Shown here piece after piece: positions 38,344 through 47,889 of a stretch of 64,000 bases of DNA (its first letter is position 1; every line of letters begins with the position of its first letter). The notes under the pieces are model-generated. The model was not told the origin of the DNA. It worked only from the letters and a program-made list of their open reading frames with translations, and searched no databases. Source of the stretch: a virus; the IMG/VR virus record IMGVR_UViG_3300043427_001513, positions 5,490 to 69,489 of that record; one strand, written 5' to 3'. The position numbers were made by a program, and so were the translations under genes.

Positions 38344-41115
38344 TTATTTTACTAGTGTGCCTTTATCTTTTACTGCGCCGTTATTTCCTTTAAAGTTTCT
38401 TTCAACTTGTTCGTTAATTTTTGATGCTGCCTGTAAGTTAGCAGTCCACTGATCAAGAATAGCTTCATACTGACCTGGAACAAGAGATGGCAATACCTGA
38501 CTTGAACGGTTAGTTATTACTTTTCCTGTAGATGGATCAATAGCTCCAAAAGCTTGAGTAACCTCTACACTACCATCAAGCAACTCTCTCATATAAATAG
38601 ATGAGTTGTAAGGACCATCCTGATAGTAAGTACCCATAGGATTTTGTCTCATAGTAGCTTCAACTCCATCAACCTTTTGGTTAGAGTATCTATAAGAGCT
38701 TTGATCAAAGTCTTTATCAAAAGAGATAGAAAACTGGAGATTCTTAGCAAAGTCACTTTCTTCATCAATAAGAAATCCTTTGTCAGGATCTCCTACCCAT
38801 TTCTTTGCATATTCACTATCAAGAGTAAGTGTGTAACCCGCTTTTGCAGGATCTCCTCCAGCAACTGATTGATATTGTAGTGAGAATATAGGAGCTCCAG
38901 AGGCATCCTTACCTTGTCTAGCAACAATATCTGCAATTACTCTTTGGTACACATCCGCCATTCCAGGATCATTATCACCAATCTGTGCAAGATTGCCAGA
39001 CTGAAATATCGCATTTCCAGATCTTCTAGCATTCTGTAAAGTAAGAGCCATCTCATTCATCATCTTGGCTGCATCAGGATTAAGAGCCTGACCATTAAAT
39101 ACAGTTGTATATCCAGGATACATACCGCTTCCTGCACCAAGACCTTCTACACCACCAAATAGTTTTTGTCTAGCGCTTGAAGTCATGTACTTATTATAGT
39201 GCTCTGTATAATTTTTTAGAGTTCTATTGTACTCATCAGCAGCATCTTCTCTAACATCCTCTATAGACTCTCCTTCAATTCTTGCGTAAGCTGCAGTATA
39301 TTCAGCAAGTGATACAGGGCGACCTGTTGATCTGTTAATAAATGCTGAACCAGCAGTAGCGTTTGCAAGCTTCTTTGCATTCTCTTGTTGTGAAGCAAAA
39401 CTGTTCCAAATATTTATGTCAGCTTCATCAACTTCTGATGAAACTTTACTATAACTAGCCACGTTTCTTTGAATCTTAGAACGTAGAGTCATAAGATCAG
39501 CATTATTCTTAATTGCAGGATTGGTTGAAGAGTTATTATGAGCTTCTAAATAAGCATTCATAATAAACTGACGACCTTCTGGAGTAGCTGCAAGAGCGTT
39601 TAAATCTTTAAAGGGAACAGCCTGACCATTATATTCAACAGCTTCCCTGCCAAGTATTCTACTATAGTTCTGAAGATACATTGCTTGATCTTTAAGAATC
39701 TGCCCTTCATAACTAGTTAAAGCTTGCTCGTTTGCTGCACCGGCTGGCATTTCATCAACAGCAAGTCCACCTGGAGCTTCTGGACTTACCATAACGCCAC
39801 TACCAGATCCAACAAGAGCACCAAGATTGAGACCTGAAGTTCCACCTGTTCCTTTAGCAGCTTCTTCATCCATCTTCCAAAGATGCTCAAGATAACCTTT
39901 TTGAATACCAAGTCTAAATTCAAGCTGTTTCATTTGCTGATCAAAACCAAACTTCTGTTGGTTAAGAGCAAACTGATCCTCTTCCATTTTAACTTGATAA
40001 CCTTTATAAGCTTGTGCTCTTGCGGCATTCTCAACTTGAGAGTTAAGATTATTAAGATAAAATGTGCTCAATGCTTTATTACGCATCTCTTGCATATTAG
40101 CAGCTGGAGTAATAATAGCTTGTACCTGCTCACTCTGTTCTTGATTATCAAGACTAGTTAAAGCTTGGATCTTTCTAAGATATTCAACGTGATCATTAGA
40201 TCCTGGTACAACGCCATCCTTAGATATCACAGCTTCATGACCTTCAATATCATCTTTAAGCTGTTGACGACTGCTAACAATCTTTCCAAAAAAGTCTCGT
40301 TGAACCAGACCTTCATTCTCAGAAATGATTTGCTCTGCATAAGCAAGTCTAGCTGCATCTTCATTGCCGTAAACTCCTAAGTTCTGATTTACAAAATCAT
40401 GTTCACCAACATTGTACATTGTTCTGTACATAGCGCTGACGTTAGGATCGTTTTGAAGAGCTGCACTAATTGCCATTTTATACGGTCCATATGCAATGGG
40501 ACCATTAGAAGTATGTATAAGATATCCACCTTGCTTTGAAGGCATAATCATAGCATCACTTCCAAACTGCTGCTTTACAATTTCATTTGCCCTTGTAAAG
40601 ACATCTACCTTTTCAGTATATCTAGGAACACCGATATTCTTAATCTGATCAACGGGTGAACTCTTAAACTTCTGCTTAATAATATCTAGCTCCTTTACAC
40701 CAGCTTCCCAATACTTAGATCTTTCATTAGGATCTGTAGAGTTTCTAAATCTTTCTGCAGAAGATAACTGATTATTAAAAACCTTCGTCCACTGCATATC
40801 ATAAGGAATGTATTCATCATCCAAAATAGGATTAAATACATTAGTAGCTTGCTCTACAACATTTGGCATTGCCAAATCCATAGATGCAATTCTATTTATC
40901 TGAGCTTGAGCTTGCTTAAAATATTGATCTCTTCTTTCAATGTTAGAATCATTACTCATAGGAGAGTTTAGAAGAGTACCGTAAAGGTTTTCAATTTTAG
41001 CCAAGTTAGTATCATAGCGCTGCTGAGCAGTGCTAGCCACCTTCAGTAAAAAATCCCAGTTGGGTCTGAAGGGCTCAATCTTAGCTACTGAGGGCTGTGT
41101 TAGGTAACTTGCCAT
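38344..41115 (-). CDS. Large virion cargo/ejected protein (923 aa)
   Basis: First gene of the giant-protein trio; N-terminal PFRPNWDFL...QQRYD followed by coiled-coil sequence. Confidence 0.65.
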   Translation of the reverse strand: MASYLTQPSVAKIEPFRPNWDFLLKVASTAQQRYDTNLAKIENLYGTLLNSPMSNDSNIERRDQYFKQAQAQINRIASMDLAMPNVVEQATNVFNPILDDEYIPYDMQWTKVFNNQLSSAERFRNSTDPNERSKYWEAGVKELDIIKQKFKSSPVDQIKNIGVPRYTEKVDVFTRANEIVKQQFGSDAMIMPSKQGGYLIHTSNGPIAYGPYKMAISAALQNDPNVSAMYRTMYNVGEHDFVNQNLGVYGNEDAARLAYAEQIISENEGLVQRDFFGKIVSSRQQLKDDIEGHEAVISKDGVVPGSNDHVEYLRKIQALTSLDNQEQSEQVQAIITPAANMQEMRNKALSTFYLNNLNSQVENAARAQAYKGYQVKMEEDQFALNQQKFGFDQQMKQLEFRLGIQKGYLEHLWKMDEEAAKGTGGTSGLNLGALVGSGSGVMVSPEAPGGLAVDEMPAGAANEQALTSYEGQILKDQAMYLQNYSRILGREAVEYNGQAVPFKDLNALAATPEGRQFIMNAYLEAHNNSSTNPAIKNNADLMTLRSKIQRNVASYSKVSSEVDEADINIWNSFASQQENAKKLANATAGSAFINRSTGRPVSLAEYTAAYARIEGESIEDVREDAADEYNRTLKNYTEHYNKYMTSSARQKLFGGVEGLGAGSGMYPGYTTVFNGQALNPDAAKMMNEMALTLQNARRSGNAIFQSGNLAQIGDNDPGMADVYQRVIADIVARQGKDASGAPIFSLQYQSVAGGDPAKAGYTLTLDSEYAKKWVGDPDKGFLIDEESDFAKNLQFSISFDKDFDQSSYRYSNQKVDGVEATMRQNPMGTYYQDGPYNSSIYMRELLDGSVEVTQAFGAIDPSTGKVITNRSSQVLPSLVPGQYEAILDQWTANLQAASKINEQVERNFKGNNGAVKDKGTLVK

Positions 41116-41120
41116 ATTAT

Positions 41121-41140
41121 ATTATTAATATACTCAAAAT
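41121..41140 (-). promoter_or_regulatory. Putative late promoter (GTATATTA)
   Basis: TAATATAC on the + strand at 41126-41133, in the intergenic gap upstream of the cargo/vRNAP operon. Confidence 0.55.
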
Positions 41141-41167
41141 CCTTGAAGTTTATTAAACTATAAAAGT

Positions 41168-44100
41168 TTAACGTCCTTGATTTCGCATCATTTGCATATA
41201 CATCATCATCATACGAGGATCCATTGTACTTGCGTCTACACCAGGAGTTTGAGAATTTCCACTAATATACTGTTTTGAATACATTTCTGCTACTTTATCA
41301 GCAGTTACGTCTGGAAATCTATTACGATATTCAGCAAAAGTCGGAACTGCAGAACCAGCGCTTCCTGGTGTTAGTTTAGTTTTAGCAGCACCTGGATTAG
41401 GAACAATAGTACCATACCCTCTCGTATCTACTCTATAGTTAGGAGTCATATACGGAAAGCTTTTAGCAAGTGCCCAGTTAGTCATAAGATTCTGAACAGC
41501 CGGTAGAGTATTCTGAAGCATATTCATAGAACGCTCTTTATCATAGTTATCAGCTGCAAGAACGTTTTGATCATATCCTGTTTTTTGCAACTGAGTATTA
41601 ATCATCTGTTCTCTTGCTGCCATTTCAGCACTTGCTCCAGCCATCTGATTTGCTATACCAACATTCTGCATACCAATGTTACTAATGTTTCCTATCTGTT
41701 TGTCTGCACTTTGACCTTGCGTCATTGCGTTCATAGCTCTTGCTACAGATTCATTACCAGCAAATACATTAGAAGCATCCATTGCCATCTGAGCAGAACT
41801 TTGTGCAGCAGCATTAGCATATCTTGGATCAAGAAAAGTAGGTCTTACTCTTGGTAATTGAACCTGAGGAGTCCAAGATGGATACTTGTTTATAAATGCA
41901 TTATTTGCAAAAGCCGAAGCTACAGCAATCTCATCTTGTGGAAAAGGCGGAGTGTACGGAGGTTCAGCAGGAGGTATTTCTGTAGGTGGTTCTAATGGTG
42001 GTACAGGAGGTGTTTTCGGTGGAGTTGCCGGTGGTGTTTTAGGTGGTGGCACATCCGTATACTCAAACGCACCCATATTTACAGACCTTTCACCTGCTTT
42101 TGCATCTCTAAGTTCAGAACGGTGTACTCCGGTTGTGCCAGGAGCTGCAAAAGTGTATCTTCTTTTTAACAGATTAATTTCTTCTGGTGAAAGAGTTTGA
42201 CCTTTAGCTTGTCTGTCAGCAATAAAAGCATCAATTCGTGGTTGATTATATTGAGTAATATAATCCTGAAGATTACCAAAAGCTTCGTCTTCAGCTTTCA
42301 GTTGTCTAACATTACCTGAAGCATCGTAAAGACCACTAACATCTGCACCGCGATCTTTCCAGTACTGATAAAACTGTGGTAATCTAGCCGCAGCACCTTC
42401 ATAAGCTCCTGAGGAAGGATTAAAAGCTTGTGTATTTGCGTACAGACTTGTGTTTGGATCAGAGGCCCACCCTTCAGGAAGTGTAGGGTTTGCACCATAT
42501 CTGGTTAAAACCTCTAATGCCTCTTTATCAATAGCTTTAATCTCTTGTTTTCTTGGGGTAGGTGTGCTTGTTGATCCAGCAGATCTTGTTGTTGAAGAAG
42601 CTGTACCTTGATCTTTTGTTCTTTGAGCTATTGCTGCTTCTCTTGTATCATAGTCTACACCATTGTATCTGTAACGAGTTACACCATTAACCGTAAAAGG
42701 CGTAATGGGTCCACCCTTTTCATACTTTGGTCCACCGTATTTAAAAGATTCGCCCCACACAGTATCTTGAGGTGCAGACAGCTGGTTGTTTAAATCTTGA
42801 AGACTTTGTACACCAGACTTCTTGTCTTTTGATTTACCGCTTTTTGCAGGAACTGTATAGTTTTCGTTAGCTTGAGGATAATAAAAACTTCCATCACCTG
42901 CTGGTAAACCTATCATTCCTTGAGCAAAGGCTTGTTGAAGAGCTTCTGCAGGAAGATAAGTTTCTCTACCTTCCTCGTTTTTAACTTTAACCTGAAATCC
43001 TCCAGATAACTCTTGATCTCTAGAAATAAAAGGATTTACAACAGAGTATTGCTGAGCTTCAGAAAAAACTCCAGGAGCTTCATATATAAAGCTTGTATTT
43101 GGAGCTAGATTAAAATTCTGAGTTTCTCCAAATTGATTGTTATATGTTCCAAGAGAGTATGCGCTAGGAACTTCATTTTGAACTCCCTGCATTCTAGAAA
43201 AAGAAACAGGCTGATACTGATAGTATTTTTTTGATGCAAAAGGATTATCGCTCATCATGGCTCTTTCATCCACAGGAGTAACACCTCTCCAGTTCATCTG
43301 CTTTCCAGGTTTTCCAATAGCAGCGTTTGCAATACCTTGATTCAAGTATGTGTCTGAAGGAATATATACTTCGCCGTTACCTGCCTCATTTGTATATATA
43401 TTGTAGTTCTCTTTAAAAGGATTCCACTTACCAGCAACTCTACTAGACATGTAGGGTTGATCATTAATATATACTCGTTCTCCTTTTCTAAATTGTAGGG
43501 GAAGTTTTTCAGCAACTACAGTAGCTTCCGGAAGAGTTTCATTATCTACTTGTTCACCCTCTTGATACATCTTAACCTGAGCACCGTACTTAGCTTGTTG
43601 CATACCTCCAGGCATAACACTATCAGATGTTGCAATACCGTTTAGCTGAGCATATAAACTTGCAATTTGAGGAATACCATCAGGAAAATTCTTCTTTGCT
43701 TCTTGAGCCATAGCAAGACCACCCAGCTTATAGGTCTTATTAAACATGTTTAATGCAGCTGTGCTCTGCTCAAGCTTATCAGAGTTCTTATCCATAAGAG
43801 CTCTTTTATCATCGTTCATGTCGATGTACTGCTTAGCAATTTCTGCTGGGGTATAAGACTTGCTTTCAGATTTATTAAAGAAGGAGTTAAGTTCTTTACC
43901 AATCTTCATCTTCGGAGTGTCAGAAAAAATAAATGATCCTGCACTTTCTTTCATTTTAACACCACCTTGTGAGTGACGCTTGCCCTCAATAGCATAGTGC
44001 TCAGGAAGACCATCACCAGTCTTATCTGTTACAATGGTTTCACCACCTTCTGCTTCAAGGTTAAAGTCTTTAGTTTCTGAAACATCCCTTAGTACATTAC

Positions 44101-44200
44101 CTCCAGTCATCATCTTATGATCAGAGTCTCTCATGATAGTACCATCCGGCATCATGTGATAACCAGCAGGAAGTTTATTGATTTTAATTTTACGTGCCAT
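41168..44200 (-). CDS. Virion cargo/tail-associated protein with xxGG-delimited modules and a Pro-rich linker
   Basis: LEAEGGETIV...GKRHSQGGV...FIFSD motif seen in crAss-like structural genes; GYHMMPDG micro-motif; PPPKTPPATPPKTPPVPP linker. ATG at 44200. Confidence 0.65.
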   Translation of the reverse strand: MARKIKINKLPAGYHMMPDGTIMRDSDHKMMTGGNVLRDVSETKDFNLEAEGGETIVTDKTGDGLPEHYAIEGKRHSQGGVKMKESAGSFIFSDTPKMKIGKELNSFFNKSESKSYTPAEIAKQYIDMNDDKRALMDKNSDKLEQSTAALNMFNKTYKLGGLAMAQEAKKNFPDGIPQIASLYAQLNGIATSDSVMPGGMQQAKYGAQVKMYQEGEQVDNETLPEATVVAEKLPLQFRKGERVYINDQPYMSSRVAGKWNPFKENYNIYTNEAGNGEVYIPSDTYLNQGIANAAIGKPGKQMNWRGVTPVDERAMMSDNPFASKKYYQYQPVSFSRMQGVQNEVPSAYSLGTYNNQFGETQNFNLAPNTSFIYEAPGVFSEAQQYSVVNPFISRDQELSGGFQVKVKNEEGRETYLPAEALQQAFAQGMIGLPAGDGSFYYPQANENYTVPAKSGKSKDKKSGVQSLQDLNNQLSAPQDTVWGESFKYGGPKYEKGGPITPFTVNGVTRYRYNGVDYDTREAAIAQRTKDQGTASSTTRSAGSTSTPTPRKQEIKAIDKEALEVLTRYGANPTLPEGWASDPNTSLYANTQAFNPSSGAYEGAAARLPQFYQYWKDRGADVSGLYDASGNVRQLKAEDEAFGNLQDYITQYNQPRIDAFIADRQAKGQTLSPEEINLLKRRYTFAAPGTTGVHRSELRDAKAGERSVNMGAFEYTDVPPPKTPPATPPKTPPVPPLEPPTEIPPAEPPYTPPFPQDEIAVASAFANNAFINKYPSWTPQVQLPRVRPTFLDPRYANAAAQSSAQMAMDASNVFAGNESVARAMNAMTQGQSADKQIGNISNIGMQNVGIANQMAGASAEMAAREQMINTQLQKTGYDQNVLAADNYDKERSMNMLQNTLPAVQNLMTNWALAKSFPYMTPNYRVDTRGYGTIVPNPGAAKTKLTPGSAGSAVPTFAEYRNRFPDVTADKVAEMYSKQYISGNSQTPGVDASTMDPRMMMMYMQMMRNQGR

Positions 44201-44201
44201 C

Positions 44202-45806
44202 TTAATCAAGAATTTCTATATCAGCACCTTGAGCAATAAGCTCACGGAGAATTTCATCATCAACCATTGCTACAGTACCACCCTGCTGAGCATATGTAGG
44301 ATTAGGTCTAGCTACATTAACAAAAGGATTCCAATAACGTGCGTCATTTTTAAATCCTTGATTGTCCATTCTAAACTGACCTGTATTTACATCGTAATCA
44401 CCACGATCTTCCATACCCTGAGGAGTTGGAGAAAACACATTGTCAGCGGTTCTTTGATTGTTAAAGTACTTTTGCTGACGGCGATCTTCTACACCTGCTG
44501 CAATATTTTGCAGAGCACCTAATCCAAAGTTTACAGCAAGAGCTCCATTTTGATCCCACCATGAAGGACCCTGAGGTGCTTCCATGGGTTCAATAGGAGA
44601 AGATCTTTGTACTTGCATAGGAGGAAGTGGTTTACTAAAATCCCAAACCTGATGCAAAGCTTTTGGTTGAAGATCAATAGGTGTATCCATTTCTCCTACA
44701 AAAGGATCTCCAAGATATTGTCCAGCAAATTGATAGTTTGGTATTTCCATACCATAAGCTGCTTTACTAGTATTAAGAACAAATTGTGCTCTCTTTCTAG
44801 TAGTCTCATTTACGCTATCTGGATTTTTCTTTACATGCTTAGCATACGCAAGTGCACTATCAAATCCAGCACGTTTAGCTTGCTCTGTAAAACTTCCTAC
44901 AGTTCCTTTTGCTTTCATGCGATCAGTAGCTTCTTTAATCCAACCGCCTTCTGCGTACTTCATTGTACCACCACATTCAAAGCATCCGCCCATCTCAGCT
45001 TTTCTCCAACCACCACCGCGTTCTTTATACCACTTAGCAGCAAATCCATTTGCATATGCTGAAGGATATACATCGTACTTAGCTTTAGCTGCTGCTTTAG
45101 CTCTGCTCCAAAGTCCTGGATTAGTAGGTTTATTCTCACCACCAGATTTCATGTTCTCAATAATCTGCTGCTGTACTGCAGGAGGAAGAGCTCTAAATCC
45201 TGGATTATCTATTCCGCCACCATTTGCATAAAAGTCTTGAGAGTTTTCATTAAACCACTCACCACCAAAGTTCATGTTAGACATAATCTTTGCCTGCACA
45301 AACGCAGGTAATGCCTGAAATCCTGGATTCTGTGGTTCGCCACCTTCTTTCCAAGTACCAAATCTTTTATGCCAGTAAAGAGGACTAAACGGATCATTAG
45401 CTTTAGCAGAATCTCTTCCACCCATACGATCCCAAAATCTTTCTTTACGCTTCTCAGAACCATGCTGAGTAAAGTCTTTCATTCCTTTATATCCGCCGTG
45501 TACTACTTTGTACTTGTCTCCTTTTTTAGCAAGTACCATCCATTTTTTACCAGGACGATCTGACTGTTTTTTTACTCCTACTTTATTAAATCCCATATTC
45601 TTATAACGTTCTGGGATACCACCTCCTTGTGCAAACATTTGCTCTAAGTCAGCATCAAAAGGTGTAGACATCATATCAAGCATTTGTTGCTCTTGCTGAA
45701 GTAAGGATGCTTGTTGAGCAGGTGTCATACCTGTAAACTTACCGGCATGAACAACACCACCAGATCCTATTACAGGTAGATTAAAAGGAGATTGAAAATT
45801 GTTCAT
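44202..45806 (-). CDS. Modular protein of short units joined by xxGG motifs (DUF5754-like and DUF5872-N-like modules)
   Basis: PGKKWMV...VHGGYKGMKDFTQH...RKERF; NPGLWSRAKAAAKAKYDVYPSAYANG...YKERGGGW; duplicated NPGFxALP units. Confidence 0.7.
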   Translation of the reverse strand: MNNFQSPFNLPVIGSGGVVHAGKFTGMTPAQQASLLQQEQQMLDMMSTPFDADLEQMFAQGGGIPERYKNMGFNKVGVKKQSDRPGKKWMVLAKKGDKYKVVHGGYKGMKDFTQHGSEKRKERFWDRMGGRDSAKANDPFSPLYWHKRFGTWKEGGEPQNPGFQALPAFVQAKIMSNMNFGGEWFNENSQDFYANGGGIDNPGFRALPPAVQQQIIENMKSGGENKPTNPGLWSRAKAAAKAKYDVYPSAYANGFAAKWYKERGGGWRKAEMGGCFECGGTMKYAEGGWIKEATDRMKAKGTVGSFTEQAKRAGFDSALAYAKHVKKNPDSVNETTRKRAQFVLNTSKAAYGMEIPNYQFAGQYLGDPFVGEMDTPIDLQPKALHQVWDFSKPLPPMQVQRSSPIEPMEAPQGPSWWDQNGALAVNFGLGALQNIAAGVEDRRQQKYFNNQRTADNVFSPTPQGMEDRGDYDVNTGQFRMDNQGFKNDARYWNPFVNVARPNPTYAQQGGTVAMVDDEILRELIAQGADIEILD

Positions 45807-45840
45807 ATTAAAACAAAGTTAGTAGAAGTACAGTGTCTAC

Positions 45841-45860
45841 AATATTAATATACAGCTTTT
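45841..45860 (-). promoter_or_regulatory. Putative late promoter (GTATATTA)
   Basis: TAATATAC on the + strand at 45846-45853, in the intergenic gap. Confidence 0.55.
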
Positions 45861-45879
45861 AGCTTTAATGACATAGTTA

Positions 45880-47889
45880 TTAGTATAGATCTGATCGGAA
45901 TCTAGGTATACTTCCACCATATTCTGACCGCTTATGTTGATATGATATTCGCTGACTTGATGTCTTTTCTCTTTTGAATTTTGCCTTTTCTGTTGATGAA
46001 AGTTCTGAAGCTGTTTTAGGTGTTTTAGAATTTACTCTTTTGCTAGGTCTGCATGCAGGATATCCTTTACGCTTTTCACCAGACTGTCTTCCACACTCTT
46101 TGCCTGTCTTTACATCTACCCATTTCTCAGCAAACCATCTGTCAAGTCCACCATGTTGACCGCCACCTTTATAGTAATATCTATCATAGAACTCATATGG
46201 ATTGGTCAGAGTATTTAAGGGACCTTCAAAATCATATCTATCATAAATAGATATGTAATTACCTTTTTCATCTTTGCCTCTACCTATTGTAAAGTTTTGA
46301 AGAGGATCAATCTGAGAAAACTCTTCTCTAGGCATAAATCCTTCACGAATATATGGAGCTAAAGAAGGTAATACTATAGATTGTCCTTCTTGAATATTTC
46401 TCTTCTTCGCTTCTGCAATCAAAAGTTGAGGATCAATTACATCTCTATTTAGAGTATAGTATTGTGCATCCGCATCTTTAGCTTTAGTAGGTTTATACTT
46501 AGATGGAATTATATAATGAGATTGTGTAGGATTACCCAATGCTCTTTGCCAAGCCTCTTCTCCAATACTGTATCTACCATCAGGATCTCTTAAAGGTGGT
46601 GCGTTTAAACCAAGTACACCTTTTGTAAGATTAACAGCACCACTTACAATACCAGGATACTCGACAGGTCTGATATTTTGAAACAACCAAGGTCTTGCAG
46701 CACCCTGTGCTTTAATTGCAAGAGGAGCTAATGTTGGACTAGTATACATAGCATTCATTGCTGCGCTAGTTACATCATCTAAAGCTTGGTTAACTATTGG
46801 ACCTAAGTAATCTGCTGCAGATGCTATAGCATATATTGTAGGATTAACTATATAATCATCAAACGCATTTCCTTTACGCATTTGTAGTTGTTCACCACCT
46901 CCTTGCTTATAGCCAGAACTATATGTAGTTGGTTGAGGTCTTTCAGTTCTTGTGTTTTTATATCTAGGAAAAGAATATGTTGCCTTGATAGCACCATATG
47001 GTTCAGATTTAAACTGACCCATATCACCATATTTATCCCCAATACCTACACCAAGATCTCCTTCGATACTGAGTCTTCCACGATTATCTAACTCTTTTTC
47101 GTACTGTGCATTTAATCCTGCTGTAAGTCTAGGTCTAATATTATTATAAGCAAGTTGATTACTCGTTCCATCAAACTCTGTATAATCATTAGTTTGCCAG
47201 TTAACACCACCATAAGGTCCCCAAGAAAGTTCTTCTCTTCTATTATCAATAGGATTAAACCTTTTACCTCCTTGTGCTCTAATGCTGGCACCACGTAGAG
47301 GATCTAGACCAAGTCTAATCATTCCTTGAGTACCGTACTTCTGATTATCGTAATCTAAACCAACAGCAACGCCAGGACCTTGTTTAGTACCAAATACTTC
47401 TCCGTAATATTTAGAATCATCTTGAGGATTCATCATATATCTAAAGGCAGCAGCAGGAGAATCATACATAGAATCATAACCTAATGATAGACTTGTTTGT
47501 CCACCTTGCTGCATGCTATTAGCCATCCTCAAGAATTCATACTTGTTGTATGTAACATTCTCTCTATTAAAATTAGATATCATCTGTCTAGCAATTTTGC
47601 GCCTGTTCTGAGGATCTTTTACTTGTACAAGGATATCAGCAATGCCTTCAATCATTTCACGATCATTATTCTCCTCACCACCTTCTTTAAAAACAGGAAT
47701 CTCAAATACCTGATTACCAGGGAATTGATATTCACCACCAGGATACATCATCTGAGTATTGCCCATATCATCCATACCAAATACAGGAAAGTCTACATCC
47801 TGCATGGTAATTCTACCAGAAGGAATGACATTGTATTTATTGTATAGATCTGGGCTATATCTTTTGTATCCTAGCTTAGAGTACTTCAT
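45880..47889 (-). CDS. Modular virion-associated protein with xxGG junctions, an internal beta-rich module and a DUF5872-C-like module
   Basis: ITMQDVDFPVFGMDDMGNTQMMYPGGEYQFPGNQVFEIP N-terminal module; GLDRWFAEKWVDVKTGKECGR...YPACRPSKRV...TPKTASELS C-terminal module. Confidence 0.7.
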   Translation of the reverse strand: MKYSKLGYKRYSPDLYNKYNVIPSGRITMQDVDFPVFGMDDMGNTQMMYPGGEYQFPGNQVFEIPVFKEGGEENNDREMIEGIADILVQVKDPQNRRKIARQMISNFNRENVTYNKYEFLRMANSMQQGGQTSLSLGYDSMYDSPAAAFRYMMNPQDDSKYYGEVFGTKQGPGVAVGLDYDNQKYGTQGMIRLGLDPLRGASIRAQGGKRFNPIDNRREELSWGPYGGVNWQTNDYTEFDGTSNQLAYNNIRPRLTAGLNAQYEKELDNRGRLSIEGDLGVGIGDKYGDMGQFKSEPYGAIKATYSFPRYKNTRTERPQPTTYSSGYKQGGGEQLQMRKGNAFDDYIVNPTIYAIASAADYLGPIVNQALDDVTSAAMNAMYTSPTLAPLAIKAQGAARPWLFQNIRPVEYPGIVSGAVNLTKGVLGLNAPPLRDPDGRYSIGEEAWQRALGNPTQSHYIIPSKYKPTKAKDADAQYYTLNRDVIDPQLLIAEAKKRNIQEGQSIVLPSLAPYIREGFMPREEFSQIDPLQNFTIGRGKDEKGNYISIYDRYDFEGPLNTLTNPYEFYDRYYYKGGGQHGGLDRWFAEKWVDVKTGKECGRQSGEKRKGYPACRPSKRVNSKTPKTASELSSTEKAKFKREKTSSQRISYQHKRSEYGGSIPRFRSDLY

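Noticed and set aside
44990-46155. Giant-virus (NCLDV) origin of the contig, suggested by the DUF5872/DUF5754-like modules
   Set aside because: The vRNAP, muzzle, ring, holin-endolysin and T9SS features all indicate a Bacteroidota phage.
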